This document shows positions 9,837-17,685 of a stretch of DNA of 64,000 bases, piece by piece (within the stretch, counting starts at the first letter, position 1; each line of letters begins with the position of its first letter). Position numbers and translations under genes: made by a program. Under the pieces are notes generated by a model. That model worked only from the letters and a program-made list of their open reading frames with translations. It was not told the DNA's origin and did not search any database. Location: positions 17,232 to 81,231 of the forward strand of contig JANQZX010000072.1 of the NCBI GenBank assembly GCA_030728245.1. The letters are read 5' to 3'. This DNA comes from Saprospiraceae bacterium. GTDB lineage: Bacteria > Bacteroidota > Bacteroidia > Chitinophagales > Saprospiraceae.

Positions 9837-10289
9837 TTGGCTAGAATTATTGGCATTGATTATGGATCAAAAAGGGTTGGTATGGCAGTAACCGATCCGT
9901 TACAGATTATTTCCTCAAGTCTATGTACGTTGTCCAACGAGAGTTTTTTAGCCTTTTTGACTAATTATATTTTATCTGAAGAAGTAGAAGCCATCGTCAT
10001 AGGAGAGCCATTTTACCCCGATGGCAAACCAGCACAAACACATGGTGATATTATGCAAATAGGAAAAAAGATACAACAGCTTTTTCCATCTATACCTGTT
10101 TTTCTTCAAGATGAAAGATTCAGTTCCGTGGAAGCGAAAGATACTATTCTGGCTAGCGGCATTGGTAAAAAGAAAAGAAGAGATAAGGGGATGGTTGACA
10201 GGGTAGCGGCTGCAATTATTTTGGATGCTTTCATGGAAAGGAAAAGAAATGTTTTTTCTAATAATAAACCCATTCCTGCCTTTTTATAA
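9837..10289 (+). CDS. ruvX: Holliday-junction resolvase-like nuclease RuvX/YqgF
   Basis: The IIGIDYGSKRVGMAV N-terminus and DERFSS(V)EA block are typical of YqgF. A TTG at 9837 gives the usual length; the ATG at 9774 is an alternative with a 21-aa extension. Confidence 0.75.
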   Translation: MARIIGIDYGSKRVGMAVTDPLQIISSSLCTLSNESFLAFLTNYILSEEVEAIVIGEPFYPDGKPAQTHGDIMQIGKKIQQLFPSIPVFLQDERFSSVEAKDTILASGIGKKKRRDKGMVDRVAAAIILDAFMERKRNVFSNNKPIPAFL

Positions 10290-10312
10290 AAATAAATTTA
10301 TTAGTAACGACT

Positions 10313-10876
10313 ATGATTTTACCTGTATTTGCCTTTGGCCAACCGGTGCTGAACAAAAAAGCTGAACCTATAACAAGAGATTATCCTGAACTCAAAGAAA
10401 TTATCGAGAATATGTGGGAAACCATGTACGAGGCATCAGGTATTGGATTGGCTGCCCCCCAAATAGGTAAACCGATTAGATTATTTATCGTGGATACCAA
10501 GCAGATGAAAGACAAAAAAAAGGAGGAAAGTCAAACAGGAATAAAAGCCGTTTTTATAAATCCGGTGATTATTGAAGAGTTTGGAAATACCTGGTCTTAT
10601 GAGGAAGGTTGTTTAAGCATACCAGACGTAAGAGGTGAGGTAGAAAGAAAGTCAGGGGTAAAAATCAGTTACCTGGATGAAAATTTTGAACCTAAAGTTG
10701 GCGTTTTTGAGGGTATGGAAGCGCGCGTTATTCAGCATGAATACGACCATATTGAGGGTAAACTTTTTGTGGAATATCTGTCACCAGCCCGAAAAATAAT
10801 TTTACGGGGAAAATTGGAGAATATTAAAAAGGGAAAAGTAAGTTGTGATTATAAAATGAGGTTTGTGGTTAAATAA
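10313..10876 (+). CDS. def: Peptide deformylase
   Basis: The three canonical motifs are present: GIGLAAPQIG, EGCLSIP and QHEYDHIEG. Confidence 0.95.
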   Translation: MILPVFAFGQPVLNKKAEPITRDYPELKEIIENMWETMYEASGIGLAAPQIGKPIRLFIVDTKQMKDKKKEESQTGIKAVFINPVIIEEFGNTWSYEEGCLSIPDVRGEVERKSGVKISYLDENFEPKVGVFEGMEARVIQHEYDHIEGKLFVEYLSPARKIILRGKLENIKKGKVSCDYKMRFVVK

Positions 10877-10881
10877 ACGCC

Positions 10882-11478
10882 TCATTTTCTTCCAAAATCA
10901 GCTGGAATTTCTCCCCAAATTTCTGTTTCCCACTTAATAAGTGGATTTTTCCAGGTGTTATTCTTCAGCCAATCTTCAGCTCTTCCAATGGTTTCAAATA
11001 ATTCAGAAGTTTCCTTATTTCTGACTAAGGTTGTTTTACACGTTTTATTTTTAATCCACTTTAGTGCATTTACTGAATCGGAATAAATGGGTAGGTCGCT
11101 GTTATTTTTCTTTAAAAATGCCAACCCATGAACTAAAGCCAGAAATTCTCCTATATTATTTGTGCCAAGACTGTATTTTTTGTGAAAAAGCACTTCTTTA
11201 GTATGTGTATCAACGCCTTGATATTCCATGACTCCAGGATTTCCACTACAGGCAGCGTCAACAGAGATACTTGGGGTAATGATATCTGTTTTTTTGGAAA
11301 TTACTTGCTGTTTTGAACCATGTCCTGCTGAAAAAGCTCTTTCGGCTTCACCCAAAGAAGGGAAACTTTTAAATGCGGCCCCGTCGAACCCATCAACCAT
11401 CTTTTTACAAATACTCCATTCTTTGTATATTCCAGGTTTCCTTCCTTTCCAGACGACATAATATTTCCCCTTTGTCAT
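10882..11478 (-). CDS. rnhA: Ribonuclease H1 with N-terminal hybrid-binding (viroplasmin-like) domain
   Basis: The N-terminus KYYVVWKGRKPGIYKEWSICKKMVDGFDGAAFKSFPSLGEAERAF is an HBD. The catalytic core has VDAACSGNPG, NNIGEFLAL and IYSDS. The start is taken at MTKGKYY (11478). Confidence 0.8.
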   Translation of the reverse strand: MTKGKYYVVWKGRKPGIYKEWSICKKMVDGFDGAAFKSFPSLGEAERAFSAGHGSKQQVISKKTDIITPSISVDAACSGNPGVMEYQGVDTHTKEVLFHKKYSLGTNNIGEFLALVHGLAFLKKNNSDLPIYSDSVNALKWIKNKTCKTTLVRNKETSELFETIGRAEDWLKNNTWKNPLIKWETEIWGEIPADFGRK

Positions 11479-11615
11479 ATATATTTTTTTTACAAAGGGA
11501 CAAAAAATTGAGGAAATAATAAAGCTGAACAAATAAATTTAAAAGAATGGTTTTTTTGGCTGACATCTGACTGTTTAAAAATGAAAAGTTTAATATTTGC
11601 AAAAAAAAAATAAAA

Positions 11616-12386
11616 ATGGAATTAATTGACACCCACGCCCACCTGTATGACAAGACGTATGACGCTGACAGGTCGGATATGTTACAAAGAGCGAAAGAAG
11701 CGGGCGTTACGCTCATATTGATTCCCAATGTAGATATTGAGACTATTCCTCTCATGTTACAGCTCGAAAGGGAAAGCGAAGGATATTGTAAACCTATGAT
11801 GGGCATACATCCTTGTTCGATTGATGCAACTTATATTGAAAAATTAGATGTAGCGGGTAAATGGTTGGAAAAACACACCTTTTATGGAATAGGTGAAATA
11901 GGCCTAGATTTTTTTTGGGACAAAACCTATAAGAGAGAGCAGGAAGAAGCATTTCTTGAGCAATGTAAATGGGCTAAAACGTTGAATTTGCCGGTTAGTA
12001 TCCATTCTAGAAATGCAACAGATGAGGCAATATATTTACTTGAAAGGGCAAATTTAGGTATTGAAGGTGTTTTTCATTGTTTTTCAGGTAGTGTTGAACA
12101 GGCTAAAAGAATAAGAGATTTAGGGTTAAGTATGGGAATTGGAGGTGTTTCAACCTATAAGAATGTAAAAATTGGGGAAGTGATTGAAGAAATAGGATTA
12201 GATCATTTTGTGTTTGAAACTGACGCTCCCTACTTATCGCCCGTTCCAAAAAGAGGAAAACGAAATGAATCAGCTTATTTGACCTTTATTTTAGAAAAAA
12301 TATCAGATGATCTAAAAGTGAGTGCCATAGCCATAAGTGAGGCATTTTCTAATAATTCAAAACGTATTTTTAATAATTGTTTTTGA
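11616..12386 (+). CDS. TatD-family metal-dependent hydrolase/DNase
   Basis: 256 aa with the LIDTHAHL N-terminus, GEIGLD, SIHSR, HCFSG and ETDAPY motifs. Confidence 0.9.
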   Translation: MELIDTHAHLYDKTYDADRSDMLQRAKEAGVTLILIPNVDIETIPLMLQLERESEGYCKPMMGIHPCSIDATYIEKLDVAGKWLEKHTFYGIGEIGLDFFWDKTYKREQEEAFLEQCKWAKTLNLPVSIHSRNATDEAIYLLERANLGIEGVFHCFSGSVEQAKRIRDLGLSMGIGGVSTYKNVKIGEVIEEIGLDHFVFETDAPYLSPVPKRGKRNESAYLTFILEKISDDLKVSAIAISEAFSNNSKRIFNNCF

Positions 12387-12435
12387 AAATCTGTTTTTTT
12401 TTTGCCTAATTACTTGTTTTCAATTCATGTTTGAT

Positions 12436-12443
12436 TATTTTTG
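12436..12443 (+). promoter_or_regulatory. Candidate -7 box TATTTTTG with an upstream TTG, ahead of tRNA-Ser
   Basis: Matches TAnnTTTG, with a TTG 19 nt upstream at 12414-12416. The mature tRNA 5' end is 37 nt downstream. Confidence 0.3.
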
Positions 12444-12479
12444 TCACATGCGGAGACAATGTCTAGTATCTTGCTCTAG

Positions 12480-12566
12480 GGAGAGGTGCTCGAGTGGTTG
12501 AAGAGGCACGCCTGGAAAGCGTGTATACCTTTGCGGGTATCGAGGGTTCGAATCCCTCTCTCTCCG
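12480..12566 (+). tRNA. tRNA-Ser (anticodon GGA), type II with long variable arm, no encoded CCA
   Basis: Hand-folded. Acceptor GGAGAGG/TCTCTCC with one G-U pair. Anticodon stem CACGC/GCGTG with loop CTGGAAA. Variable arm ATACC/GGTAT. T arm GAGGG-TTCGAAT-CCCTC. Discriminator G. Confidence 0.9.
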
Positions 12567-12620
12567 CTTTATTTTGTTAAATTTTATTTTGGAAAACAAA
12601 CGTTAAAAACCTTATTGATT

Positions 12621-13454
12621 ATGCGAAATTTGTTTGTTCTATTGCTTATTCTAGGATTGGCTTCATTCGCCCCGAATAATGCAGTGTTTGCGCAAGACGC
12701 TACCGCTACTGAAAGTACTGAACAAGCTGCACCAGCTGAAGAAGCTGCACCAGCTGAAGAGGCTGCACCGGTGGAAGAGGCTGCACCCGTTGCCGCTGAG
12801 GAAGCTGTTGCTGAAGTAAGTGGTTACCAATTACTTAAAAAGTATTTCATCGATGGTGACTGGCGTTTCATGAGTATCATTTTATTCCCATTAATTTTGG
12901 GTTTGGCTTTCTGTATTGAGCGTGTTATCACGTTAAATATTGCATCGATCAATACCGATAAATTATTAGGTAGAATTAATGATAAGCTGAAAGGAGGCGA
13001 TGTAAATGGTGCTATGGATGTTTGTAAAGCAACCCCTGGCCCAACAGCAAGTATCCTTTATGAGGGTCTGAAAAACAGACATAATGGACCTGAAGGCGTT
13101 GAAAAATCTATCGTTTCTTACGGAAGTGTTCAAATGGGTCTTTTGGAAAATGGTCTTATCTGGATTTCTTTATTTATCGCTCTTGCACCGATGCTTGGAT
13201 TCATGGGTACGGTAATCGGGATGGTTCAGGCCTTCGACCGTATTGAGCAAGTGGGTGATTTATCTCCTTCTGTAGTTGCTGGTGGTATCAAGGTGGCTCT
13301 TTTGACTACGGTATTCGGTCTTATTGTAGCCATTATCCTTCAAATTTTTTATAATTATATCGTTTCTAAAATAGACGGTATCGTTAATAAAATGGAAGAT
13401 GCTTCTATTGGTCTATTAGATATTATGACCGAAAACAATATTTTCAAAAAATAA
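12621..13454 (+). CDS. exbB: MotA/TolQ/ExbB proton-channel protein with signal peptide and acidic Ala-Pro-Glu repeat
   Basis: Start moved to the ATG at 12621, because the listed start lies inside the tRNA. It has a signal peptide, AAPAEE repeats, three TM segments and the APMLGFMGTVIGMVQAF channel motif. Confidence 0.85.
   Translation: MRNLFVLLLILGLASFAPNNAVFAQDATATESTEQAAPAEEAAPAEEAAPVEEAAPVAAEEAVAEVSGYQLLKKYFIDGDWRFMSIILFPLILGLAFCIERVITLNIASINTDKLLGRINDKLKGGDVNGAMDVCKATPGPTASILYEGLKNRHNGPEGVEKSIVSYGSVQMGLLENGLIWISLFIALAPMLGFMGTVIGMVQAFDRIEQVGDLSPSVVAGGIKVALLTTVFGLIVAIILQIFYNYIVSKIDGIVNKMEDASIGLLDIMTENNIFKK
12726..12815 (+). repeat. In-frame 18-bp tandem repeat (about 3 good copies plus 2 degenerate) encoding AAPAEE units
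   Basis: The successive units are GCTGCACCAGCTGAAGAA, GCTGCACCAGCTGAAGAG and GCTGCACCGGTGGAAGAG, followed by degenerate copies. Confidence 0.8.
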
Positions 13455-13467
13455 TTAATTCCACCCT

Positions 13468-13941
13468 ATGTATAAATATCTAGCCAAAAACGGGCAGGCA
13501 TTAGCCTTCGGTGTAGGAGCTCTGATAACGGTGATTTTCTTTGCTATTGCAGCAGGTGGATTGGAAGAGTTTTCTTCTCTTTCTATAGATGACCAGCGCC
13601 AGACTAATATTTTTGACTTTGGTTTAATGGCTTCTATAGCGTTAACTATATTGTCAGTAGTTCTCCTTGTATTGTTTGGTGTTATTCAGGTAGCTTCTAA
13701 TTTCAAAGAATCTGCAAAGGGTCTTATAGCACTTCTTGTATTAGCAGGTGTTTATTTTACCTCTATAGCTATGGCTCCAGGCGAAGTTACTGGTATTATG
13801 GCAGCCACTGTGGAAAAGGTTGGAGGGGTTTCTCCGGGAGCATTGAAGTTCATCGGTGGTTCTATAACAACCTCTATAATTATCTCAGTGATTGCTATCG
13901 CAGCCTTTGTGATAAGTGAAATTCGTAACTTCTTCAAATAA
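13468..13941 (+). CDS. Small 4-TM membrane protein of unknown function embedded in the exbB-exbD cluster
   Basis: 157 aa with four hydrophobic helices. It lies 13 nt after exbB and 8 nt before exbD. No recognisable motif. Confidence 0.55.
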   Translation: MYKYLAKNGQALAFGVGALITVIFFAIAAGGLEEFSSLSIDDQRQTNIFDFGLMASIALTILSVVLLVLFGVIQVASNFKESAKGLIALLVLAGVYFTSIAMAPGEVTGIMAATVEKVGGVSPGALKFIGGSITTSIIISVIAIAAFVISEIRNFFK

Positions 13942-13949
13942 TCTATTCC

Positions 13950-14507
13950 ATGGCAAAAAAGAATTCCAGAGATAGAATGAGCAATGAAATCAATGCAGGC
14001 TCTATGGCCGATATTGCTTTCTTGTTACTAATATTCTTCCTCGTCACTACAACCATTGTAGAGGATAAGGGTATCACTGTAAAATTGCCGCCCTGGTCTG
14101 AAGAAGATCCAGATATTACTAAGTTAAAATCAAGAAACGTTTTTACCGTGCTTGTAAATGCCCAAAATGATTTGCTCGTAAGAGGTGAATCAATGGATAT
14201 TACCTCGCTAAGGGAAAAGACTAAAGAGTTTATCACTAATCCTGCCCAAAGGGAGGATCTTGCGGAAAGACCTACAAAAGCAATTATTACGCTTAAAAAT
14301 GACAGAGGAACCAATTATGAAACCTATGTTAGTGTGTATAACGAGTTGAAGGCCGCTTATGATGAACTCTGGGACGAGATGTGCCTTAGGAAATATGGCG
14401 TTAAGTATAGTGATGATTTACCGCTCGCGTGGAGAAAATCTATAAAGGATGAAATCCCAATGGTATTATCTGAAGCTGAACCTACTAATTTTGGAGAAGA
14501 AAAATAA
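13950..14507 (+). CDS. exbD: ExbD/TolR biopolymer transport protein
   Basis: The N-terminal INAGSMADIAFLLLIFFLVTT anchor is typical of ExbD, followed by a periplasmic domain. Confidence 0.85.
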   Translation: MAKKNSRDRMSNEINAGSMADIAFLLLIFFLVTTTIVEDKGITVKLPPWSEEDPDITKLKSRNVFTVLVNAQNDLLVRGESMDITSLREKTKEFITNPAQREDLAERPTKAIITLKNDRGTNYETYVSVYNELKAAYDELWDEMCLRKYGVKYSDDLPLAWRKSIKDEIPMVLSEAEPTNFGEEK

Positions 14508-14572
14508 TTAGATTCGAGCCTAACCGTTCAATCTCATTTTCCCACTCTTTTGTGGGAACAAAATGATTAACT

Positions 14573-15040
14573 ATGTCTAAGTTTTCAAAAGGAAAAAAGA
14601 AATCCTCACCGGGCATTAACACAGCCTCTCTACCCGATATCGTTTTCATGTTGTTGTTCTTCTTCATGGTAGTTACAAAATTGCGTGATTCAGAATTGAT
14701 GGTGAAAGTTACAACGCCTTTCGCTACACAACTTACCAAACTAGAGGACAAATCTTTAGTAAATTATCTTTATATTGGAAGACCCGTAGAAAAGTATAAA
14801 GCTACTTACGGTACTAAACCAAGACTTCAGTTAGGAGATAAATTTGCAAACATTAATGAAATTCCTATCTTTTTGGAGCGTTTTCGCGTGAAAATTGCTG
14901 AAGTACAAAGAACCAAAATCACTACTTCTCTAAGAGTAGATGGTCAGGTTACGATGGGTATCGTTCAGGATGTAAAAACTGAACTAAGAAAGGCTAATCA
15001 ACTAAAAATAAATTACTCAGCTAAGAAAAAACCTGAATAA
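14573..15040 (+). CDS. exbD: ExbD/TolR biopolymer transport protein (second paralog)
   Basis: INTASLPDIVFMLLFFFMVVT anchor, 155 aa. Confidence 0.85.
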   Translation: MSKFSKGKKKSSPGINTASLPDIVFMLLFFFMVVTKLRDSELMVKVTTPFATQLTKLEDKSLVNYLYIGRPVEKYKATYGTKPRLQLGDKFANINEIPIFLERFRVKIAEVQRTKITTSLRVDGQVTMGIVQDVKTELRKANQLKINYSAKKKPE

Positions 15041-15062
15041 AATTTTTAGTTTAAAAGTTTTT

Positions 15063-15096
15063 AAAGCCTTGCATTTTGAATGCAAGGCTTTTTTTG
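15063..15096 (+). terminator. Rho-independent terminator after exbD
   Basis: 12-bp perfect stem AAAGCCTTGCAT / ATGCAAGGCTTT with a 5-nt loop, followed by a T-run. Confidence 0.75.
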
Positions 15097-15185
15097 TGTG
15101 CCGTATTATGAATTGGGCTAAAGGGTATATTGGGGAAATAGTTCCGCCAGAGGCATTATGGTACATTGTGGAAATCATACCGCCA

Positions 15186-15214
15186 GGGGCTATTTTAGAC
15201 AGCCTCTTTTTTTT
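15186..15214 (+). terminator. Second plus-strand intrinsic terminator with no assigned upstream gene
   Basis: GGGGCT / AGCCTC stem (one G-U pair) with a 9-nt loop, followed by eight T. The T-run is oriented for the plus strand and overlaps the stop codon of the minus-strand gene at 15213. Confidence 0.45.
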
Positions 15215-15578
15215 ACCTTAATCTATTTGACTCCTGAACGATTCTTTCGTCTTTTCTAATCCTGAAAATGGCTAATATAGTTGCTAGCAGACCAACAAAA
15301 AAACTGATAATCAGAGGTGTATTATCATTGTTTTCAGCGTATTGATCTTTATTTATAAATAGTACAATGATTATCCCTGTTGCATATAATGGTAGAACCA
15401 GCCAGGTGGACAAACTTATTTGAAGTTTTCGTTTTTTATAAATGAAAATGATGATTAGACTAACCAAAGCTGCCATGGCAAACGCAAAGTGTTCCCAAAT
15501 CCCTAACAGATTCATGGATATGAAACCTGCCGATATTGCACCTAACAGCAAAAAAAGGGTCTGAATTCTTTGTATCAT
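15213..15578 (-). CDS. DUF4293-like small membrane protein
   Basis: 121 aa. The MIQRIQTLFLLLGAI N-terminus is characteristic of DUF4293. It has four TM segments. Confidence 0.65.
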   Translation of the reverse strand: MIQRIQTLFLLLGAISAGFISMNLLGIWEHFAFAMAALVSLIIIFIYKKRKLQISLSTWLVLPLYATGIIIVLFINKDQYAENNDNTPLIISFFVGLLATILAIFRIRKDERIVQESNRLR

Positions 15579-15746
15579 TTTACAAATAATTTAAAGATTA
15601 ATGAATGACTGAGTTGTATAAACTCATAAAAAACCTTGATACAAAGGTAATAGGTTTGTTTTATTCTCTTTGCCTATGTTTAGTTTTAATTTGGTATTTC
15701 GTTTCGTTTTTCTTTGTACATTGTTGCTCAGAGAATTCTTCAAAAG

Positions 15747-15754
15747 TATATTTG
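15747..15754 (+). promoter_or_regulatory. Candidate -7 box TATATTTG upstream of the OstA-like gene
   Basis: Matches TAnnTTTG, with a TTG about 20 nt upstream at 15724-15726. The ATG at 15772 is 18 nt downstream. Confidence 0.3.
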
Positions 15755-15771
15755 CTACTTATTTTAAATAA

Positions 15772-17685
15772 ATGGTTTTTAACATAGCATTTTCTAAGAC
15801 TGGTGGATTGTGTCATTGTATACTCATCGCATTTGTGTGGTTGACTTCTTTTTTGTCACCTATTTATGGACAAAAGTCACCTTCCTCCACCGAGGACAAA
15901 AGAGTAAAGGTTCTCTTTGCAAAAGATTTTCTTATCTCCCAGGAGGGTGATAATAGTATTCAAAAATTAGTAGGTGAGGTTGAGATGAAACAAAAGAATA
16001 TTCGCATGTATTGCGATTCTGCCATTATACAAAATGAAACCCTTGTGTGGGCTTATGGCAACGTTGTTTTCTGGGAAGGGGATTCCATAAAAGTCTTTTC
16101 CAATGCCATGGAATTTAATAGCGATTCGAGCATCGCTAAATTAATAGGAAATATTCAACTCAATAAAAACAAATCAAAACTTTTTACTGATACACTACTG
16201 TATGATTTGAATGGAAAATTAGCTACCTATAAGGATGGGGGGATTTTCTATTCAGGCGATACTCAGTTGAGTAGTAAAAAGGGTTCTTATAATACTGAAA
16301 CTTATTTAGCTGCTTTTAAAGATAGTGTCGTTGTCATTGATTCTGATTTTGCTTTACGTGCCGATACCTTAACTTTTGATACAGATAAGGAAATCATTTA
16401 TTTTAATGCTCCTACCAGACTAAAAACAGATAGTGCAGAAATCTACACTGAAAGTGGCTTCTATGAAACCGTTTCAGGAAAAGCAGATTTTATACAGAAG
16501 GCACAATACAAAAAGGGAGATGAAACTGCTACCGCAGATACCATTAGATTATTGGAAGATCAGAAAAAATATTTACTCCTCGGTCAAGCTAATTTATCAG
16601 ATTCCTTACACGCGGCAACAGGTGATATTATTATTTTTTCGGAAATTTCTGATCAATTAGATATTTATGGAACAGCTCATTATATTGATTATGAGAAAGA
16701 CCAAAATATTAGGGCCGATTCCATTCGGTACAATAAAAAGGAAGGTACTTATACAACACGGGGAAGATCCTTAATTATTGATCCTCCTCAATTTTTAGAA
16801 GCTGATCAAGTGGATTATCAGGAATCTACAGGTTTCGGTTTGGCCTTCGGAAATATTATTTGGAGAGATACTTCAGAAAATATTACGCTCTATTGCGATT
16901 CTTTACTTTATCAAAAAAGTAAAGAATACTTTAAAGCTTTTAATAAAGTTAATGAAAGACCTCTGATGGTGGTTTTACTTGATAATGATTCTCTTTTTCT
17001 TAGTGCTAATACCCTTTCTTCTATCAGACCTGATACAACAGGAATGGATTCTACCCGCATATTTGTAGCAAATCAAGAGGTTAGAGTTTTTAAATCTGAT
17101 TTGCAGGCTGTCTGCGATTCTCTATCCTATAATCCTACAGATAGCTTGATTTCCATGTTCAAAAACCCGGTAGCCTGGACAGATACCAGTCAATTTTCAG
17201 CAGATACGCTTATTTTAACGAACGGTAAACAAGGGATTAAAGAAATTAATCTTACAGGAAATAGTATTATTATCAATGAGTTAGATAGTATTTTTTATAA
17301 CCAGATTCAAGGTAGAACCATCGATGCATTTTTTGTCGATAAAAATCTTGATCTTATGTCAGCAAAAGGAAATGCTGAGGTAGTTTACTACATAAAAGAC
17401 GAAGATGACGCTTATGTTGGCGTAGATAAAACATCGTGTGGAATGATGAATATTATTTTTGGAGATAACGAAGTGGACAAAATTGTTTTTTATGTAAAGC
17501 CTAAAACCCAGGTTTTACCCATGCTGAAAGCAGATCATTTAAAAATAAGATTGAGTGGGTTTAGTTGGAATGAGGAAGCTAAACCAAAGTTTCCATTAGA
17601 TGTTTTAAACGTTAGACAGCTTATTAAGGCAGCTAATCCACAACCTGACCTAGAATTTCAAAACATAAGAATAAATGAAAATTAA
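15772..17685 (+). CDS. Large OstA/LptA-like repeat protein (periplasmic or outer-membrane associated)
   Basis: 637 aa with an N-terminal signal or anchor. Repeated segments of the form ...YCDSAIIQNETLVWAYGNVVF..., ...LYCDSLLYQK... and ...AVCDSLSYNP... resemble tandem OstA-like N-terminal beta-jellyroll units. This assignment rests on resemblance only. Confidence 0.5.
   Translation: MVFNIAFSKTGGLCHCILIAFVWLTSFLSPIYGQKSPSSTEDKRVKVLFAKDFLISQEGDNSIQKLVGEVEMKQKNIRMYCDSAIIQNETLVWAYGNVVFWEGDSIKVFSNAMEFNSDSSIAKLIGNIQLNKNKSKLFTDTLLYDLNGKLATYKDGGIFYSGDTQLSSKKGSYNTETYLAAFKDSVVVIDSDFALRADTLTFDTDKEIIYFNAPTRLKTDSAEIYTESGFYETVSGKADFIQKAQYKKGDETATADTIRLLEDQKKYLLLGQANLSDSLHAATGDIIIFSEISDQLDIYGTAHYIDYEKDQNIRADSIRYNKKEGTYTTRGRSLIIDPPQFLEADQVDYQESTGFGLAFGNIIWRDTSENITLYCDSLLYQKSKEYFKAFNKVNERPLMVVLLDNDSLFLSANTLSSIRPDTTGMDSTRIFVANQEVRVFKSDLQAVCDSLSYNPTDSLISMFKNPVAWTDTSQFSADTLILTNGKQGIKEINLTGNSIIINELDSIFYNQIQGRTIDAFFVDKNLDLMSAKGNAEVVYYIKDEDDAYVGVDKTSCGMMNIIFGDNEVDKIVFYVKPKTQVLPMLKADHLKIRLSGFSWNEEAKPKFPLDVLNVRQLIKAANPQPDLEFQNIRINEN

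Noticed and set aside
9776-9856. 27-codon N-terminal extension of manA, and the mutually overlapping long form of ruvX (from 9774)
   Set aside because: The long forms would make two divergent genes overlap by 83 nt. The shorter starts (9775 for manA, TTG at 9837 for ruvX) give family-typical N-termini. The ruvX start remains uncertain.
11557-11575. TGGCTGACATCTGACTG as a sigma-54 (-24/-12) promoter upstream of tatD
   Set aside because: It has the GG but lacks the TTGC -12 element at the right spacing. No other intergenic region showed a convincing TGGCAC-N5-TTGC match by eye.
11405-11806. 133-aa minus-strand ORF spanning the rnhA-tatD promoter region
   Set aside because: It overlaps the 5' ends of two well-supported genes and the AT-rich spacer. 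It has no motif.
12486-12620. N-terminal 45-codon extension of the exbB ORF as listed in the track
   Set aside because: It is translated straight through the tRNA-Ser gene (12480-12566). The ATG at 12621 gives a normal signal peptide.
12726-12815. Tandem repeat as a CRISPR-like or non-coding array
   Set aside because: The units are contiguous 18-mers without spacers. They are in frame inside exbB and encode an AAPAEE peptide repeat.
13943-14314. 123-aa minus-strand ORF
   Set aside because: Antisense to exbD, low-complexity Ser/Leu/Val-rich, with no start context. It is a shadow ORF.
15605-15787. 60-aa hydrophobic ORF in the divergent promoter region
   Set aside because: It overlaps the candidate promoter and the start of the OstA-like gene. 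It is AT-rich-driven Phe/Leu content with no supporting signal. A small membrane protein cannot be fully excluded.
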